Positions 1-8,695 of a stretch of 64,000 bases of DNA are shown piece by piece (the first letter of the stretch is position 1; each line of letters opens with the position of its first letter). The notes under the pieces were generated by a model. The model worked only from the letters and a program-made list of their open reading frames with translations. It had not been told where the DNA came from and did no database searches. Position numbers and translations under genes: made by a program. Where the stretch lies: assembly GCA_964617715.1 (NCBI GenBank), contig CAZTZN010000004.1, positions 5,639 to 69,638 on the forward strand. The letters run 5' to 3'. This stretch comes from an uncultured Armatimonadia bacterium (lineage in GTDB: Bacteria > Armatimonadota > Zipacnadia > Zipacnadales > UBA5352).

Positions 1-2
1 CG

Positions 3-638
3 ATGCACGCGCGCTCGGGCGATCTGGCCGTGGCGGGCGTCGAGCTGACGCCGGTCGAGGTCGCCGCGCCGCTGCGCGACGGCCGGCAGGGCGTGGCGGC
101 GGGTGACGTGTCGGCGACCTGGCGATTCGCGGGGGAGCCGCCGCGCGCGTTGCGCACGATCCTGCCCGGCGCCGAGGGCGCCACCGTCACCGTCTCGCAG
201 TGTCCGCCTGAGGAGGACGCGATCGTCGCCGCCCACGTCGGTGGCGGCGCTCTGAGGCCGGGGACGGTCATCCCCCGGCGCGGGCACCTACAGATCACCC
301 GCAGCGGCCCCACGGCGACCTTCGTCGCGGTGCACGTGCCCCGGCAGGGCGAGGCGGCGCCGGAGGTCGTGGTCCGCCGCAGTGTTGTCGCAGGCCGCCC
401 GCAGGCGGTGGCGCTGGTGATCGACTGCGGCGGCACGCGCTTCGTGGTGCTGCACGATCCCGAGGCCGGGGAGTGCCGCTTCGCTGAGATGACGCTGGAT
501 GGCCGCGCGGCGATCGCGACGCTGCACGAGGGCGCTCTGCGCAGCCTGTGCCTCGGCGCCGGCACGAGCGCGCGGTGGGGCGATGTCGTGATCGACGGTG
601 ACGCGGATGGCAACGGGTTCGTCCGGACGGGCCTGTGA
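3..638 (+). CDS. C-terminal fragment (5' end lies outside the window) of a secreted hypothetical protein. Composition suggests the C-terminal beta-sandwich of a heparinase II/III-like protein.
   Basis: The frame is open from the window edge to a stop at 636-638. Its composition is protein-like, unlike the antisense ORFs that overlap it. It is followed by a + strand gene with an SD at 661-666. Confidence 0.4.
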   Translation: MHARSGDLAVAGVELTPVEVAAPLRDGRQGVAAGDVSATWRFAGEPPRALRTILPGAEGATVTVSQCPPEEDAIVAAHVGGGALRPGTVIPRRGHLQITRSGPTATFVAVHVPRQGEAAPEVVVRRSVVAGRPQAVALVIDCGGTRFVVLHDPEAGECRFAEMTLDGRAAIATLHEGALRSLCLGAGTSARWGDVVIDGDADGNGFVRTGL

Positions 639-674
639 CCGCGAAGGGCATCATCCGATCGGGAGGCATTGACC

Positions 675-2942
675 ATGAACGCCCTGAGGCTCAGTCTGAC
701 CGTGACGATCTGCCTGGGAGTCATCAGTGCCGCAGCGGCGCAGCCGGTGGAGCGGACGCTCGATGAGTTCGGGCCCGTGGATACGGTGATGGCCGCTCAG
801 GCCACGCTGGAGACGGCGGTGCGGACGCTGCTGGATGAAGGCGGCGGCGTGCTGGTGATCCCGCCGCAGGTGACCCAGGATCTGGAGATCGAGAACCTGC
901 AGCAGGGCGAGCGGGCAACCAGCAACGAGGGCCCCGCGGTCACCATCATCGACTACCGGGGCGGTTTCACCGAGTTCCATGTCGCGCCCATCGGCCGCCA
1001 TCAGACCGGCACCTGGACCGGCCTGCGCGTCGAGCGCATGCTCAACCTGGGCGAGGAGAGCCTGCCGCACTGGGGAACGCAGGCGGCCCAGGCCATCGAC
1101 AACTTCATCATCAGCGGCTCCTCCTCGTACATGCACACCCTCACCGAGCCGGTGCAGCCTGGTGAGGATGTGCGCTGCTACCCCGACACCATCCGCGGCA
1201 TCTGGATCGGCGCCTTCCTCAACATCACCAGCAGCGTCATGGGCTACGCTGAGCCGATGGACCGCATCACCGTCAAGGACATCGGCTGGGACCCCGAGCG
1301 CCGGCGCGCCTACTTCACCTGCGACCTGGAGTACGAGCATCCGGCGGGCGCGCTGATCTACAACAAACACAACGTCAACGGGCTGGTCATGCACGGCTGG
1401 TGCAACGCCGACAACCAGACCGCGGGCGAGCTGGCGGTCACGCGCAGCAACTACGCCGTCGGCGACAGCTTCTGCATCAGCGGCATCTTCCGTTACATGG
1501 GCGACGTCTTCTCCGGCTTCGGCGACGAGGGCGGCATCGTGCTCAACGCCGAGACCATCGGCGACCTCGATTTCTTCCGCTCGACCGTCGAATCGTTCGA
1601 TCCGGACACCGACGAGGTCGTGTACACCGGTGGCAGGTGCAACGCCCATACGCTCAGCACCTCGCGGCCGCTCATCAACATGAATCGCGACAAGTGGATT
1701 ACCGAGGGCACGGTCATGATCGTCTCGCCCTCCGGGACCTACCAGGGCGAGAGCTACCCGGGCGTGATCGGCGGGCCGGGCAACGCCTTCAACTACCAGG
1801 GTGGCGCCATCATCGGCTCGGCCGACTGCCCCTGGGATGAGAGCATCATCGGCCGGTTCTTCTGCATCACCGACGACTCCGAGGTCATCCTGCCCGGCGA
1901 CCCGTCCACTTGCGGCGGCTACGGCAAGCCCCCCGACCGGCCGGTATACCGGTGGTACGAGATCAAGGAGTTGGAGACTCGCCCGGACGGCACCAGGCGC
2001 ATCAAGATCCTGCGCGTGCGCTGGTCGGCGGTGGCCGCGGGCGCGCCCAACCTGTTTGACGCCGAGAACTACACCTCCGACGGCCACGAACGCCCGCTGC
2101 ACTATGCCATCGCGCCCGGGGCGTGGGTGTACGATGTGTCGCGCGGCTGGGCGCAGACCCATCAGACCGGCGGGGTGCTGCAGGGCGAGCATCCGCGCAC
2201 CATCCGTGTGACCCCCAACGGCGATCGCGGCACGCGCTTCGACTTCGAGCCCGGCGACGAGATCGAGCAGCCGGTCGGCCCCGACCCGTGGCAGCCGCGC
2301 CCGTTGCGCATCCGCACCTTCGACCAGATCCCCAGCACCATGCCCAGCTCCACCATCGAGGTGCAGCAGCTCGGGCGCGTCCAGGTCCCGCACGGGCTGA
2401 GCTTCGGCGGCATCATCCGCAGCCGCGACCAGCTCGACCGGCGCAAGGACCACCGGCCCGCCTACGACAGCATCATCAACCTGAGCGCGCTCAGTGACAT
2501 CGGCATCGAGTTCGATGGCGAGGTCATGACCGCCGCGATCATGTTCCGCCAGCCCGGCGACTACGCCCAGCCCATCATGTGGCGCGTCAATCAGCCCTAC
2601 GGCTCGGCCAGGCTGACTGTGGACCCGGGCAGCGGTGACCTGCACTTCCGCGGCGGCAACCTCGACCTCAACGGCCGGGCCGTCGAGCGTGTGACCGGGC
2701 TGTCATCGACGCAGACGCCCGCGAACAACCTGCGCGGCATCGACGTGGCGGTCGAGGAGGGCGCGACCGAGGTGACCGTGAGCTTCGCCACCCCCGAGAC
2801 CGACGCCGCCTACGCGGTCTCGATCACGCCCTCGTGGCTGACCGCGTATGCCGTACCGACGAAGAGCGCCGAGGGCTTCACCGTGCAATTCGCCCAGTCG
2901 GCGCCTGCCGACGCCACGCTCGACTGGGTGATCGTGCGCTGA
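675..2942 (+). CDS. Secreted right-handed beta-helix protein (pectate-lyase-superfamily-like fold), 755 aa
   Basis: ATG at 675 follows GGGAGG at 661-666; the ORF track begins at TTG 669. N-terminal signal peptide MNALRLSLTVTICLGVISAAAAQ. An N-terminal DEGGGVLVIPP block resembling the Pectate_lyase_3 motif, then an N/G/T-rich repeated beta-strand composition. The 664-aa antisense ORF 651..2645 is rejected. Confidence 0.6.
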   Translation: MNALRLSLTVTICLGVISAAAAQPVERTLDEFGPVDTVMAAQATLETAVRTLLDEGGGVLVIPPQVTQDLEIENLQQGERATSNEGPAVTIIDYRGGFTEFHVAPIGRHQTGTWTGLRVERMLNLGEESLPHWGTQAAQAIDNFIISGSSSYMHTLTEPVQPGEDVRCYPDTIRGIWIGAFLNITSSVMGYAEPMDRITVKDIGWDPERRRAYFTCDLEYEHPAGALIYNKHNVNGLVMHGWCNADNQTAGELAVTRSNYAVGDSFCISGIFRYMGDVFSGFGDEGGIVLNAETIGDLDFFRSTVESFDPDTDEVVYTGGRCNAHTLSTSRPLINMNRDKWITEGTVMIVSPSGTYQGESYPGVIGGPGNAFNYQGGAIIGSADCPWDESIIGRFFCITDDSEVILPGDPSTCGGYGKPPDRPVYRWYEIKELETRPDGTRRIKILRVRWSAVAAGAPNLFDAENYTSDGHERPLHYAIAPGAWVYDVSRGWAQTHQTGGVLQGEHPRTIRVTPNGDRGTRFDFEPGDEIEQPVGPDPWQPRPLRIRTFDQIPSTMPSSTIEVQQLGRVQVPHGLSFGGIIRSRDQLDRRKDHRPAYDSIINLSALSDIGIEFDGEVMTAAIMFRQPGDYAQPIMWRVNQPYGSARLTVDPGSGDLHFRGGNLDLNGRAVERVTGLSSTQTPANNLRGIDVAVEEGATEVTVSFATPETDAAYAVSITPSWLTAYAVPTKSAEGFTVQFAQSAPADATLDWVIVR

Positions 2943-3040
2943 CCACGCCCCTCGGCGGTGGCAGGTTGCGGCATCCTGCCCGGGGAACTCTGCACTTCCC
3001 GTGTCATCCCATGCTGCGGACGCACCGGTAATCACGGACT

Positions 3041-5029
3041 ATGAGGCAGACCACCGAGCGCGTTCTCGCCCTGGAAGAGGCGGCACTGCCTCCGCGCTCG
3101 GCGCTGGTGGGTGTGACCGTGCGCGGCCTCGTGCTGGTCGTGCTCCTGACGCTCTTCACCTACCTGGTCATAAACCGCCTGGGCTTCATGCAGCTCGTGC
3201 CGCCGGTGCCGGCGCTCATCCTGCTGCTTTTGCTGGTGATCTGCAACAAGCTGGTGGCGCTGCTGGCGCGCGCCTTCCCGCTCGGCGGCTGGCTGCGCCC
3301 GCTCTCGCGCGGCGAGCTGCTCCTGATCTACGCCGCACTGTCGATCGCCCCGGTGATGGACCGGGGCGTCTACGTCATACACTACCTGCTCTACCCGATC
3401 TACTACGGCAACGATGTCAACCAGTGGCAGGAGTTCGCGCGGCATTACCCGGGCTTCTACATCCCTGAGGACCATGCCGTCGCCCAGGGGTTCTGGGAGG
3501 GCTCCAGCACCGGCCTGATCCCGTGGGCGGCTTGGCGCCTCCCCCTGATGTACTGGATGAGCTTCAACCTGCTGGTGATGGTCGCGGTCGGCTGCCTGGT
3601 GGCGTTCTTCCGGCGGCAGTGGGCCGAGGCCGAACGCCTGCGCTATCCGCTGCTGTTCCTGCCGCTCGAGATCACCGGCGGCTTCGAGGGCTCGGCGGTC
3701 CACCGTGGCTTCTTCTTCCGCGACCCCCTCATGTGGATCGGCTTCATCGCCGCCGCGCTCTTCAACGGCGCGCGCATCCTGCACGAGATCTACCCGGCGG
3801 TGCCCGAGATCAAGCTCTACATCCGACTGGCCACCAGCTTCGCCGATCCCCCCTGGCGCTGGATCCGGCCGCTGAACCTCTTCCTCATCCTCGACGTGTG
3901 GGGGCTGTCCTACCTGATGCCCGGGGATGTGCTGCTCACCGCCTGGGGCTCCTACTTCCTGATGAAGACCATCAAGGTCGTCGGGCTGTACGCGGGCTAT
4001 CGCCGGGCCCGCTTCCCGTTCTACCAGGAGGTCAGCTCGGGGGCGTGCGTCGCGGTCTGCCTCTACATGTTCTACGTCTCACGGCGTCACTTCCGCCGCG
4101 TGCTCGGGCGCATCATCCGGGGGCCGGGCGAGTACGACCGCAACGAGGCGATGAGCTATCGCCTGTTGCTCATCGTGTTCGTCGCGGCGACCGCGGCCAT
4201 GATGACCATGCTGCTGCGGGCCGGGCACCGCATCGACCTGCTGCTGATCTATTTCGCCAGTCTGTACATGTTCGTGCTGGTAACCGCCCGCATGCGCGCC
4301 GAGGCCGGGCCGCCCGTGCCCTGGACTCACCCCTACGGCTACGACACCGAGATGCTCTACCATCTGCTGGGCAATCGCTACATTCGCGGCCTGGGCTCGC
4401 TGCAGCCCATGGTGCAGTTCTACTCGCTGTTCTACATCGGCCGCACCGTCTTCGCCCACAGCGCCGGCCAGTACTTCGCCGACGGCTACCGTGTCATCGA
4501 CTACGGCAACGCCAGGCGCAGCTCGGTGTTCAAACTCATGCTGCTCGTGTGCCTGCTTTCGGTATTCCTGGCGTTCTGGACCCACCTGGACCTGGGCTAC
4601 CGCCACGGTCAGGCGTTCTACTTCGCCGCCGAGGGGCGCGAACACCGCACCTGGCCGATCGCGTGGTCGAGCTACAACTACCGGCTGCTTGACGCGGGGG
4701 TGGACAAACCGGCGGGACCCAACATGTCGCGCATGGCGGGCTATGTCGGCGGCTTCGTGGGCACGGCAATCATCACCTGGGGGCGGCTGAACGTGAGCAA
4801 CTTCCCGCTGCACCCGCTGGGGGTGGTGATGGGCACGCTCTACAATGACTGGTCGCCCTACTGGGCGCCCTTCCTCATCGCGTGGATCGCCCAACGCATC
4901 ACGCTGCGCTACGGGAGTCTGCCCGCGTACCGGCGGATGGTGCCGCTCTTCCTCGGCCTGTTCCTGGGGCACACGATCGTCGGCAATGTCCTGCGCCGCA
5001 TCATCATTCGGCTGGGGCCGGCGGGGTAG
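3041..5029 (+). CDS. Polytopic membrane protein, 662 aa, uncharacterised family. Paralog of 55913..57892.
   Basis: More than 10 hydrophobic spans. Blocks shared with the paralog: GFWEGSSTGLIPWAAWRLPLMYW vs GFFEGARTPGGIPWELWRGPLMRW; RRQWAEAERLRYPLLFLP vs RRRWIDHERLPFPLAEIP; IYPAVPEI vs YIPAVPEI; YLMP. Co-directional with its flanking genes. Confidence 0.7.
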   Translation: MRQTTERVLALEEAALPPRSALVGVTVRGLVLVVLLTLFTYLVINRLGFMQLVPPVPALILLLLLVICNKLVALLARAFPLGGWLRPLSRGELLLIYAALSIAPVMDRGVYVIHYLLYPIYYGNDVNQWQEFARHYPGFYIPEDHAVAQGFWEGSSTGLIPWAAWRLPLMYWMSFNLLVMVAVGCLVAFFRRQWAEAERLRYPLLFLPLEITGGFEGSAVHRGFFFRDPLMWIGFIAAALFNGARILHEIYPAVPEIKLYIRLATSFADPPWRWIRPLNLFLILDVWGLSYLMPGDVLLTAWGSYFLMKTIKVVGLYAGYRRARFPFYQEVSSGACVAVCLYMFYVSRRHFRRVLGRIIRGPGEYDRNEAMSYRLLLIVFVAATAAMMTMLLRAGHRIDLLLIYFASLYMFVLVTARMRAEAGPPVPWTHPYGYDTEMLYHLLGNRYIRGLGSLQPMVQFYSLFYIGRTVFAHSAGQYFADGYRVIDYGNARRSSVFKLMLLVCLLSVFLAFWTHLDLGYRHGQAFYFAAEGREHRTWPIAWSSYNYRLLDAGVDKPAGPNMSRMAGYVGGFVGTAIITWGRLNVSNFPLHPLGVVMGTLYNDWSPYWAPFLIAWIAQRITLRYGSLPAYRRMVPLFLGLFLGHTIVGNVLRRIIIRLGPAG

Positions 5030-5262
5030 GGGGTAGTCTGACTCGGGCCCCGGCATCACAGTACCCGGACTTCGACCGGCGCCACCGACAGCATCACCTC
5101 CGCCACGACGGCGAGCACGACCACGGCGCCCGGCGTCTCGAGCATCGTCACAGGCGGGCCTCCACGGGAGACGACTGTGCAGGAGGCAGCGCCGGGCCCC
5201 GGGATGAGTCTCCGCAGGGGCCGCCCGCACCTGCGGCGAACCGCCCGCCCGAGGTGATGGCG

Positions 5263-6243
5263 ATGCGCGATCCGTCGCGGACGGACTTCCTGAGCGAGGC
5301 CGGGTGGGGCGTCTTCCTGCACTACCTCGCGCCGGTGGTCGCGGGCGACGATGTCGATCCCGCGACCTGGCAGCGGCTGGTGGCGGGCGTCGATGTCGAT
5401 GGCCTGGCCGACCAACTCGCCGACGTGGGCGCCGGCTATCTGTTTATCACACTGGGCCAGAACTCGGGCTACTACCTCTCACCGAACCAGGCCTATGACC
5501 GCATCGTTGGCCGCGAGCCCTCACGCTGCGCGGAGCGCGACCTGGTCGCGGACCTGTACGCGGCGCTGGCGCCTCGCGGCATTCACCTACTGGTCTACCT
5601 GCCCTCGGGCGCGCCCGACCGCGATGAGCGGGCGATGCAGGCCCTCGGCTGGCGCAAGGGCACACAGCCGATCCACGCGCGGCCGACGCGAGGCGCCGAT
5701 GAGCACGGACGGCCCTGGGGCATCAACAACCCGCGCCTGGAGGGCTTTCAGCGCAAGTGGGAGGCGGTCATCGCCGAGTGGTCTCGACGCTGGGGGGAGC
5801 GCGTGCGCGGCTGGTGGTTCGACGGCTGCTACTACCCGGAGATGTACGAGAGCCCGTTCCCGCCCAACTGGGCCAGCCTGTGCGCGGCCGCGCGTGCGGG
5901 CAACCCGAACAGCATCGTCGCCTTCAACCCGGGGGTGATGGTGGACCTGATGGTGCTCACCGAGCACCAGGACTACGCGGCGGGGGAGATCAGCGACACC
6001 TTCCCACCCTGCGCCGGGCGTTTCATTCACGGCGTACAGTGGCACGTACTCAGCTACCTCGGCGACACCTGGGGCCATGGTGAGCGGCCGCGCTTCGCCG
6101 ACGACTTCCCCGAGCGGTACACGGGCGCGGCCGTCGAGCAGGGGGGCGTGGTGACCTGGGACGTGCCGCCCCGGCCCGACGGCCTCATCGACGATGTGTT
6201 CCTGCGGCGCCTGCGGTCCATCGGCGCCGCCGCTCACGGCTGA
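5263..6243 (+). CDS. Hypothetical TIM-barrel-like protein with weak GH29 (alpha-L-fucosidase)-like blocks; no signal peptide
   Basis: ATG at 5263 with GAGGTG at 5251-5256; alternative ATG at 5257. The ORF track starts at 4882, but the upstream 125 aa are low-complexity junk. Blocks GWGVFLHYL, RDLVADLYAALAPRGIHLLVYLP and RVRGWWFDGCYYPE resemble the GH29 blocks GIFIHWG / RDLVGEL-KA-RK-GLKFGVYYS / WFDG. The canonical HHDGF nucleophile block is absent. Confidence 0.5.
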   Translation: MRDPSRTDFLSEAGWGVFLHYLAPVVAGDDVDPATWQRLVAGVDVDGLADQLADVGAGYLFITLGQNSGYYLSPNQAYDRIVGREPSRCAERDLVADLYAALAPRGIHLLVYLPSGAPDRDERAMQALGWRKGTQPIHARPTRGADEHGRPWGINNPRLEGFQRKWEAVIAEWSRRWGERVRGWWFDGCYYPEMYESPFPPNWASLCAAARAGNPNSIVAFNPGVMVDLMVLTEHQDYAAGEISDTFPPCAGRFIHGVQWHVLSYLGDTWGHGERPRFADDFPERYTGAAVEQGGVVTWDVPPRPDGLIDDVFLRRLRSIGAAAHG

Positions 6244-6246
6244 AGC

Positions 6247-8685
6247 TCAGTCGGCCCGCTCGATGACCGCCATCTCGCCCTCGCCCAGCGCCAGGCGCAC
6301 CAGCCGCCGGCCATCCTCGATGCGCTGCTCACCTGTGTTCGGCGTCAGCGCCCCATCGGCCCCGTACCAGTAGACCGTGACCGGCGCGTCGTCGCCGAGG
6401 GTGAAGGTCCCCGGCACGCAGGTGATCAGCCGCTCCTCGCCCAGCAGCCAGCCGCGGTGCAGCTCCACCGGCGTGAACGGGAACATGTGCCCGGTGATGG
6501 TCGGGTGCGGCTGCGTGGGCCGCGAGTAGTAGTAGTAAACCGTGCCCCACATGAGCTTGAGGCGGATGTCGGCCAGCAGGTCTTCGAAGTTCTTGATGAC
6601 CAGATGATCTCCCAGTGAGATCGGCGTATACAGGTGCGAGCGCGCCGGGTACCAGGTGGCTGCGGTCTCTACGAAGCGCGGGAAGTGGTAGTCGCTGAGC
6701 GTGGCGGTGCGCGGGCAGGAGTTGCCGATGAGCGCGCCGCCCCTGGCGAAGATGTAGTCGATCAACTGCGCCTTGGCCTCCAGCGACAACAGTTGCGGGT
6801 CGCCGAACCTGCGTACGATCCGGTGCCGCTCATCCAGCTCCGCTGAGTGCCCGTCCCAACGGTCGTAACTGCGCTTGGGCGAGATCATCTCCAGCTCGTC
6901 CCAGTAGATGCCGTCGGCGCCGATGCGGTCGTCGTCGAGGCACATGTCGATGACCTGCTTCATGGCCTCGAAGTAGGAGTTGCCGATGGCCGGGTAGCAG
7001 TAGTAGAAGGTCATGCCGATGCGGTTGGTGTAGCCCTGATTGACGTAGGGCGTGCCGTCCTCGTTGGTGATAAGCGAGTCGGGGAAGCGCGCGGGCGTGT
7101 CCTCGTACAGGTTGATGAAGCTGTGAATGTAGATGAGTGACTTCACCTCGGGTGTCGCCGCGCGCAGGTTCGCGCAGGCCTGCCGGAAGCGCTCCTGCAG
7201 ATGCGTGGCCTCCAGCATCTGCGCCCCGTGGTAGTAGGGCGGGTCGCCGCCGATGTTGGCCCAGGTGCCGGTTGACACGAAGGCCAGGTCGCGTTCCCGC
7301 ACCATCGCGCGGATGTCGTCGGCGCTCATGTCGGCGAGGCTGGAAAGACCGAACTGGAAGCCGCCGGGCACGGTGAAATTCACGTTCAGGTCGCGGCGGC
7401 ACAGGTTGATGAGGTCAAAGTAGTCCGGGCGCAGGACCGGGTAGACCGCCCAGCGCAGCGTGTACTCCCCGCCCGCGGGCAGACAGAACACGTCGCTGCG
7501 CACCCCTGCCGCGCCGGCCGCGTCCCAGTAGAACACACCCTGCACCCGCGCCACATCATCGAGCGCCAGCAGCCCGCAGCCCGCCTGCGCGCCGGCGATG
7601 AAGACCGTGGAGTTCTCGTAGCCGCGCAGTTGCGCCACCGCCGGGTCGGGATTGCCGCACAGATACGCGTCCTTGATCTCTTCTAGGGGCGCGCGCAACT
7701 CGTGCGCCCACGCCAGCCCGATGTCCCGGTCGGCGAGGTTGCGCAGTCGGTCCTCGATGAGCAGGTGATCGCCCTCGAAGGTGACCGTGCGCTCGACGTC
7801 GTAGTCGGGCGCATGCCCGAGGGCGCCCGCGCCATCCTCGCCACCCCTCACCTCGACGCGCCAGCCCTCCTGCCCCTCAGGCGCACCGGTCGCGGGCATG
7901 GTATTGAAGCCGCCGCCCTCGTACGAGAACCGGGAGACTACCTCGACACCCAGGCCCGGCAGCGTGATGGTCATGCCGCCGCCTTCACCCACCGCCGCAA
8001 CTTCGCCGATGGTCGCGGTCGCCGGGGGCTGGACCATCAGCCGATCGGGCGAGAACTCCTCCTCGGCAGCGACCTGCCCCTTCACCACCGCCGGCTCGTC
8101 GGACAGCTCCACGCCAAGCTCCGCAAAGACCAGGTCGAGCGTCGGGTTGTCCTCCGGAAAGTACGAGCGCAGGTTCATACCCGGGCCCCGATGGGTGATA
8201 GTGAGCGTATTCTCTTCGCCCGGGCGCACCAGGTCGGTGATGTCGATGATGAAGCGGTAGGCCGAGACCTCGACCATCTCGCCGCCCACCTCGGCCTGGT
8301 AGCCCAGCGGCGTGAAGTCGGGCGCGTAGACCACGCGCCAGTTGGCACCCTGCGCCCAGGGAATGCGCAGGCCTCCGGGCATGATGGCCTCGAGCGGCTT
8401 GTTGATCAGCCGCACCGCCGACCGGGTTGCGGCGGCGTTGAGCGGGTCACCGTTGACCGCGAGCCCCATGACGTAGGTCGATCCCGCGGTGCGCGGCGAG
8501 TCCATGCGCACCTCGTAGATCAACCGCACAGAGGCGTAGTCACCCTCCGGCGTGAAACTCAGCTCGGCCTCCTCGCCGTAGGGCAGCACCCAGCCGGGCT
8601 CGGCCAGCTCGATGGTCTCGGCCGCCGCCGGCAGTGTGGCGAGCATTCCCAGGACCAGCACGATCGCCATGCGCATTGCGGTCAC
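6247..8685 (-). CDS. Secreted hypothetical protein, 812 aa, probably glycan-active (W/Y-rich C-terminal region)
   Basis: Signal peptide MTAMRMAIVLVLGMLATLPAAAE. A long coherent frame on the minus strand. Stop lies 10 nt from the start of the downstream-upstream neighbour 8696..11350, so they are probably co-transcribed. Confidence 0.65.
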   Translation of the reverse strand: MTAMRMAIVLVLGMLATLPAAAETIELAEPGWVLPYGEEAELSFTPEGDYASVRLIYEVRMDSPRTAGSTYVMGLAVNGDPLNAAATRSAVRLINKPLEAIMPGGLRIPWAQGANWRVVYAPDFTPLGYQAEVGGEMVEVSAYRFIIDITDLVRPGEENTLTITHRGPGMNLRSYFPEDNPTLDLVFAELGVELSDEPAVVKGQVAAEEEFSPDRLMVQPPATATIGEVAAVGEGGGMTITLPGLGVEVVSRFSYEGGGFNTMPATGAPEGQEGWRVEVRGGEDGAGALGHAPDYDVERTVTFEGDHLLIEDRLRNLADRDIGLAWAHELRAPLEEIKDAYLCGNPDPAVAQLRGYENSTVFIAGAQAGCGLLALDDVARVQGVFYWDAAGAAGVRSDVFCLPAGGEYTLRWAVYPVLRPDYFDLINLCRRDLNVNFTVPGGFQFGLSSLADMSADDIRAMVRERDLAFVSTGTWANIGGDPPYYHGAQMLEATHLQERFRQACANLRAATPEVKSLIYIHSFINLYEDTPARFPDSLITNEDGTPYVNQGYTNRIGMTFYYCYPAIGNSYFEAMKQVIDMCLDDDRIGADGIYWDELEMISPKRSYDRWDGHSAELDERHRIVRRFGDPQLLSLEAKAQLIDYIFARGGALIGNSCPRTATLSDYHFPRFVETAATWYPARSHLYTPISLGDHLVIKNFEDLLADIRLKLMWGTVYYYYSRPTQPHPTITGHMFPFTPVELHRGWLLGEERLITCVPGTFTLGDDAPVTVYWYGADGALTPNTGEQRIEDGRRLVRLALGEGEMAVIERAD

Positions 8686-8695
8686 CCCGGTCTCG

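Noticed and set aside
651-2645. 664-aa ORF on the minus strand
   Set aside because: It is antisense to the signal-peptide-bearing beta-helix gene. The composition is Ala/Gly/Arg/His-rich junk with no motifs. This is the typical antisense shadow ORF of a 70% GC gene.
4882-5256. N-terminal 125 codons of track ORF 4882..6243
   Set aside because: This stretch overlaps the end of the membrane-protein gene in another frame, is His/Arg/Pro-rich, and has no start context. The real start is at ATG 5263 (or 5257) with an SD.
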